Below the pieces are notes generated by a model. It did no database searches. It was not told the origin of the DNA and saw only the letters and a program-made list of their open reading frames with translations. From Macrostomum hystrix (Eukaryota; Animalia; Platyhelminthes): a stretch of 64,000 bases of DNA. The number at the start of each line of letters is the position of its first letter. Position 1 is the first letter of the stretch. The stretch lies in assembly GCA_950097015.1 (NCBI GenBank), contig CATNEN010000038.1, forward strand, positions 23,560,001 through 23,624,000, given 5' to 3'. This document shows positions 61,301 through 64,000 of the stretch, in pieces. The translations under genes were made by a program, and so were the position numbers.

Positions 61301-61447
61301 AACTTTTTACATTTTAGGTTACTTGCTATCAATATTATTTTCTAATAATGATAGTCACTAAAACTCAATCTTAATCAAAGTCTGAGTTTACCTCAATAAG
61401 CCTCAAACCCAAAAGCACAAAATTCTTACCTCTTTAATGACAGACAT
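55315..61447 (-). CDS. POLR3E: DNA-directed RNA polymerase III subunit RPC5 (Sin-like), 8 exons, about 787 aa
   Basis: Exons 61430-61447, 61023-61073, 59736-59813, 58905-59511, 58022-58278, 57446-57838, 56238-56753, 55315-55758; all GT-AG and in phase. The spliced N-terminus MSVIKEVPVYLSKQFMDSLLLFEFPNRP...KYKPKFQYAELSISLDT, KAVTLRFARQET, LVHGQWVVKSEILYP and LCRGRDYIL match RPC5. Confidence 0.9.
55793..56222. repeat. 14-bp repeat (GATCCTAGATTCCA)n
   Basis: Fills the last POLR3E intron. Confidence 0.93.
56996..57420. repeat. 21-bp minisatellite (GACACCTGAATCCTACAATCT)n
   Basis: POLR3E intron 6, starting about 25 bp from the donor. Confidence 0.95.
58488..58786 (-). mobile_element. CORE-like SINE family 1, near full length, in POLR3E intron 4
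   Basis: The reverse complement has a B-box, TGTGTCCTTTAGCAAGACGCTTAAC...CTTCAGTTCACCC, the same 3' body and an (ATT)n tail. Confidence 0.85.
60075..60234 (+). mobile_element. Degenerate SINE family 2 fragment
   Basis: Shares CTGAC..AAAGTCAGGGCA.ATGT, TGTGCTCAG and AGAATTGC in the same order as the reverse complement of 18075-18220. Confidence 0.5.
60235..60878. mobile_element. MITE / non-autonomous DNA transposon
   Basis: Perfect 24-bp inverted termini TAGGGTAATGTATCATCAACTGAA (60235-60258 and 60855-60878); the outer TA may be the TSD. Subterminal 60262-60291 is inverted at about 60642-60671. No ORF. Confidence 0.75.
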
Positions 61448-63042
61448 TTTTATGTCCTGAACCGAACTGATTATATAAAAACAGTATATTTAATGTGAAT
61501 ATTAAAATAATATAAATAGCACGATGGCTGGCTATAAATGGAGAAAGTGTGGATATCGAGTCAGTGTCTATTTATTAACGGTCACCACAACAGATAATTT
61601 TTACGATGCAGTCACAAGTACCAGTATAGAACATAAGGTATTAAATCATACAAAAAGGCAAAAATCAGCGACCAGGTTCGACGTGAGCCTACAAAAAAGT
61701 TGGTAATAAAGTATTTATTTAGACTAGGAAAAACGTTGTGTTGGTGATATCCTCTGCACGTTTTCTACGAAAATAGAGCACTATTAAAATGTTTGTTGTG
61801 TATAACAAAAAGCATGTAAAATACACCGATTTGTTTTCTGTTTAGCTTTTTTCAGCGCCGAAATGCACTGAAGTCTAAAAGAACATTTCTGTTCTAATCA
61901 ATCGTTGTCTAGAATATTAGAAAATGAAAAACGCACCATTGTGCAATTCAACATGTTTGTGGCTATTCGTACGGCAGAATCTCCTATCTTGTAGTGCATT
62001 TCCAAGATATGATGAAACGAGTTATAACAAATCTAAAATGTAAACTGCGATGCTTGTAGATTTATCTTATGAATAAAAACTGTTTGATAATTTTCTGCAC
62101 GGTTAGATGATAAAATTATACGTGTTTTATCATCCGCGGCAAGCTTCCTCATGGTGAATTATTGGATTTTATATTTCCGGACTGCCATACAAATAGCTAC
62201 TTCCATACAACATATTCTGGTTGCCTATAAAGCAAAAAGCTGACCGTTTCATTTGCAATTACAAAGAACTGTTAAGAAAAGTGTTATACTCTCTTTTTGT
62301 TTTCATTAAAAAGATTTAAAATTCCTGGTATTTCGATGTGTTGTTGTAAGCTAGATGTGGTATGACTTTTTTATGGGACAAATTCGATGTTTCGTCATTG
62401 CATTTTCGTTTATGTCTTCATATAGTCGAAGGGAATAAAAAAATCGCACAGATTTACTGCAAATTCAAATACGAATTGTTTAATAAACAGTTTCAATGCG
62501 TTTTTATCAGCATAAAAAAGACATTGCATTCACTTACAGCACAATGAAGACAATTACAATTGTATATTTTTAACTACATCTATGACTGCGAGTAATTTGC
62601 GAAAAGGGCTTTTAACATAATGCAAAGGGTGTTGACAGAGAAAGCAATTGAATTGACACCCAACTGGTACTTGCTAAGGCAACTACGAGATATATTATTA
62701 ACAAAGCTTACTAAAAAGTATATATGTACTCATGTCAAAAAGCTGGACGGAATTAAAAAGAAATAAAAGCGCATGTTTCGCAAAAACATAAATATATTGG
62801 GCATAAGCTAGATTGGAAAAAAAGTAAAAAAACTGGGAAAACTCATTATGTAAAGAATTTGTCCCGCAATTTTCATCTAAATGATCGATGCTTGTTGTTC
62901 TTGAATAGTAAAAAGCGGAATTATTGAGGAAGTAAAATCGCATCAAGCTTAAAACTAAAAGCATAGAGCATAAAAAATTATACGTCAACTTTAAATTTTA
63001 AAACTGGTGATCATTCTTTATCGCTGATATAAACTCTATAAA

Positions 63043-63450
63043 TCTTTAGGGGCGGATTTTGAAATAATGGCGACTGTTTAGGGCGGATTTTGAAATAGTG
63101 CTAATTCTTTAAGGCGGATTTTGAAATAGTGCTAATTCTTTAGGGCGGATTTTGAAACAATGCCGATTCTTTAGGGGCGGATTTTGAAATAATGCCGATT
63201 CTTTAGGGGCGGATTTTGAAAGAATGCCGATTCTTTAGGGGCGGATTTTGAAATAATGCCGATTCTTTAGGGGCGGATTTTGAAAGAATGCCGATTCTTT
63301 AGGGGCGGATTTTGAAATAATGCCGATTCTTTAGGGGCGGATTTTGAAAGAATGCCGATTCTTTAGGGACGGATTTTGAAAGAATGCCGATTCTTTAGGG
63401 GCGGATTTTGAAACAATGCCGATTCTTTAGGGGCCGATTTTAAAAGAATC
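63043..63450. repeat. 32-bp minisatellite (TTCTTTAGGGGCGGATTTTGAAATAATGCCGA)n
   Basis: About 60 bp downstream of the CEP70 stop. Confidence 0.93.
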
Positions 63451-63510
63451 GAAAAGTCACGAATTGTTGTTGTCTTCATCATCTAAGTTCTATGAACATT
63501 TGACAAACAT

Positions 63511-64000
63511 TCAAGCAGCATTCTGCGCATCAAACACCCGTTTGTAAGCTGTCACTTTAGGCAGAATTTCGTCAACTCTATCGACATCTAGAACCGACAT
63601 CAGACTCTTGACTAGCTGTTCGAACACTGGGAAGAACTGATCGTATTCTTCTAACCGATCGAAAGCCAATTGCACGTCTTCGTGATTGAATATCTCTTGG
63701 ATTTTCTCGTTAACAGCCAGTCGTTCAAGTTGCATCAGACGATCAACGGCATTAACAACTGCTTCCATTGGCGTCTGTTCAACTAGGCCTAGAGACTCTT
63801 TTATACTGTTCATTGCGTTGCGACAGACGCCAAGCTCTGAATAAATTGAGTTCATCTTGGTGCAAACGCCTGATAACTGAGCAACATCAAATAATTTGCG
63901 GAAATGATCTACTAGGCCAAGTAGCATGGAGTGTGGTGGAAGACTCGACAAATTTTCCCCTTCGTTTTGTGAAGAACTCGGAGCCAATTCGTAGTTTTTG
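63511..64000 (-). CDS. CEP70: Centrosomal protein of 70 kDa, terminal exon (gene continues beyond the window)
   Basis: HFRKLFDVAQLSGVCTKMNSIYSELG...EEYDQFFPVFEQLVKSLMSVLDVDRVDEILP resembles the conserved CEP70 C-terminal helical region. Stop at 63511. Confidence 0.75.
   Translation of the reverse strand, partial: KNYELAPSSSQNEGENLSSLPPHSMLLGLVDHFRKLFDVAQLSGVCTKMNSIYSELGVCRNAMNSIKESLGLVEQTPMEAVVNAVDRLMQLERLAVNEKIQEIFNHEDVQLAFDRLEEYDQFFPVFEQLVKSLMSVLDVDRVDEILPKVTAYKRVFDAQNAA

Noticed and set aside
63043-63450. Telomeric repeat
   Set aside because: TTAGGG occurs once per 32-bp unit, not as a tandem hexamer.

Overview
Eukaryotic (animal) genomic DNA, not prokaryotic. It is AT-rich and has spliced genes whose introns are filled with homogeneous minisatellite arrays, a style that suggests a free-living flatworm such as Macrostomum (inference only). 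I assembled gene models by hand from splice signals and phase continuity. They are: a 4-exon secreted follistatin-like (FOLN-Kazal-EF-hand) gene (-), an 11-exon FMNL-type formin (+), an 8-exon MAP10-like gene (-), a 2-exon muscarinic/histamine-like class A GPCR (+), an 8-exon RNA polymerase III subunit RPC5/POLR3E (-), and the last exon of CEP70 (-). Mobile DNA includes a 5'-truncated RTE-type LINE with an uninterrupted RT ORF inserted in a 20-bp satellite, and several copies of a tRNA-headed CORE-like SINE. There is also a second SINE family, a TA-flanked MITE and a decayed LINE fragment. The most unusual object is a 236-bp LTR-like segment with a primer-binding-site stub, sitting in an intronic satellite between two identical 83-bp direct repeats. 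Most ORF-track entries are artefacts of tandem repeats or antisense shadows of real exons.
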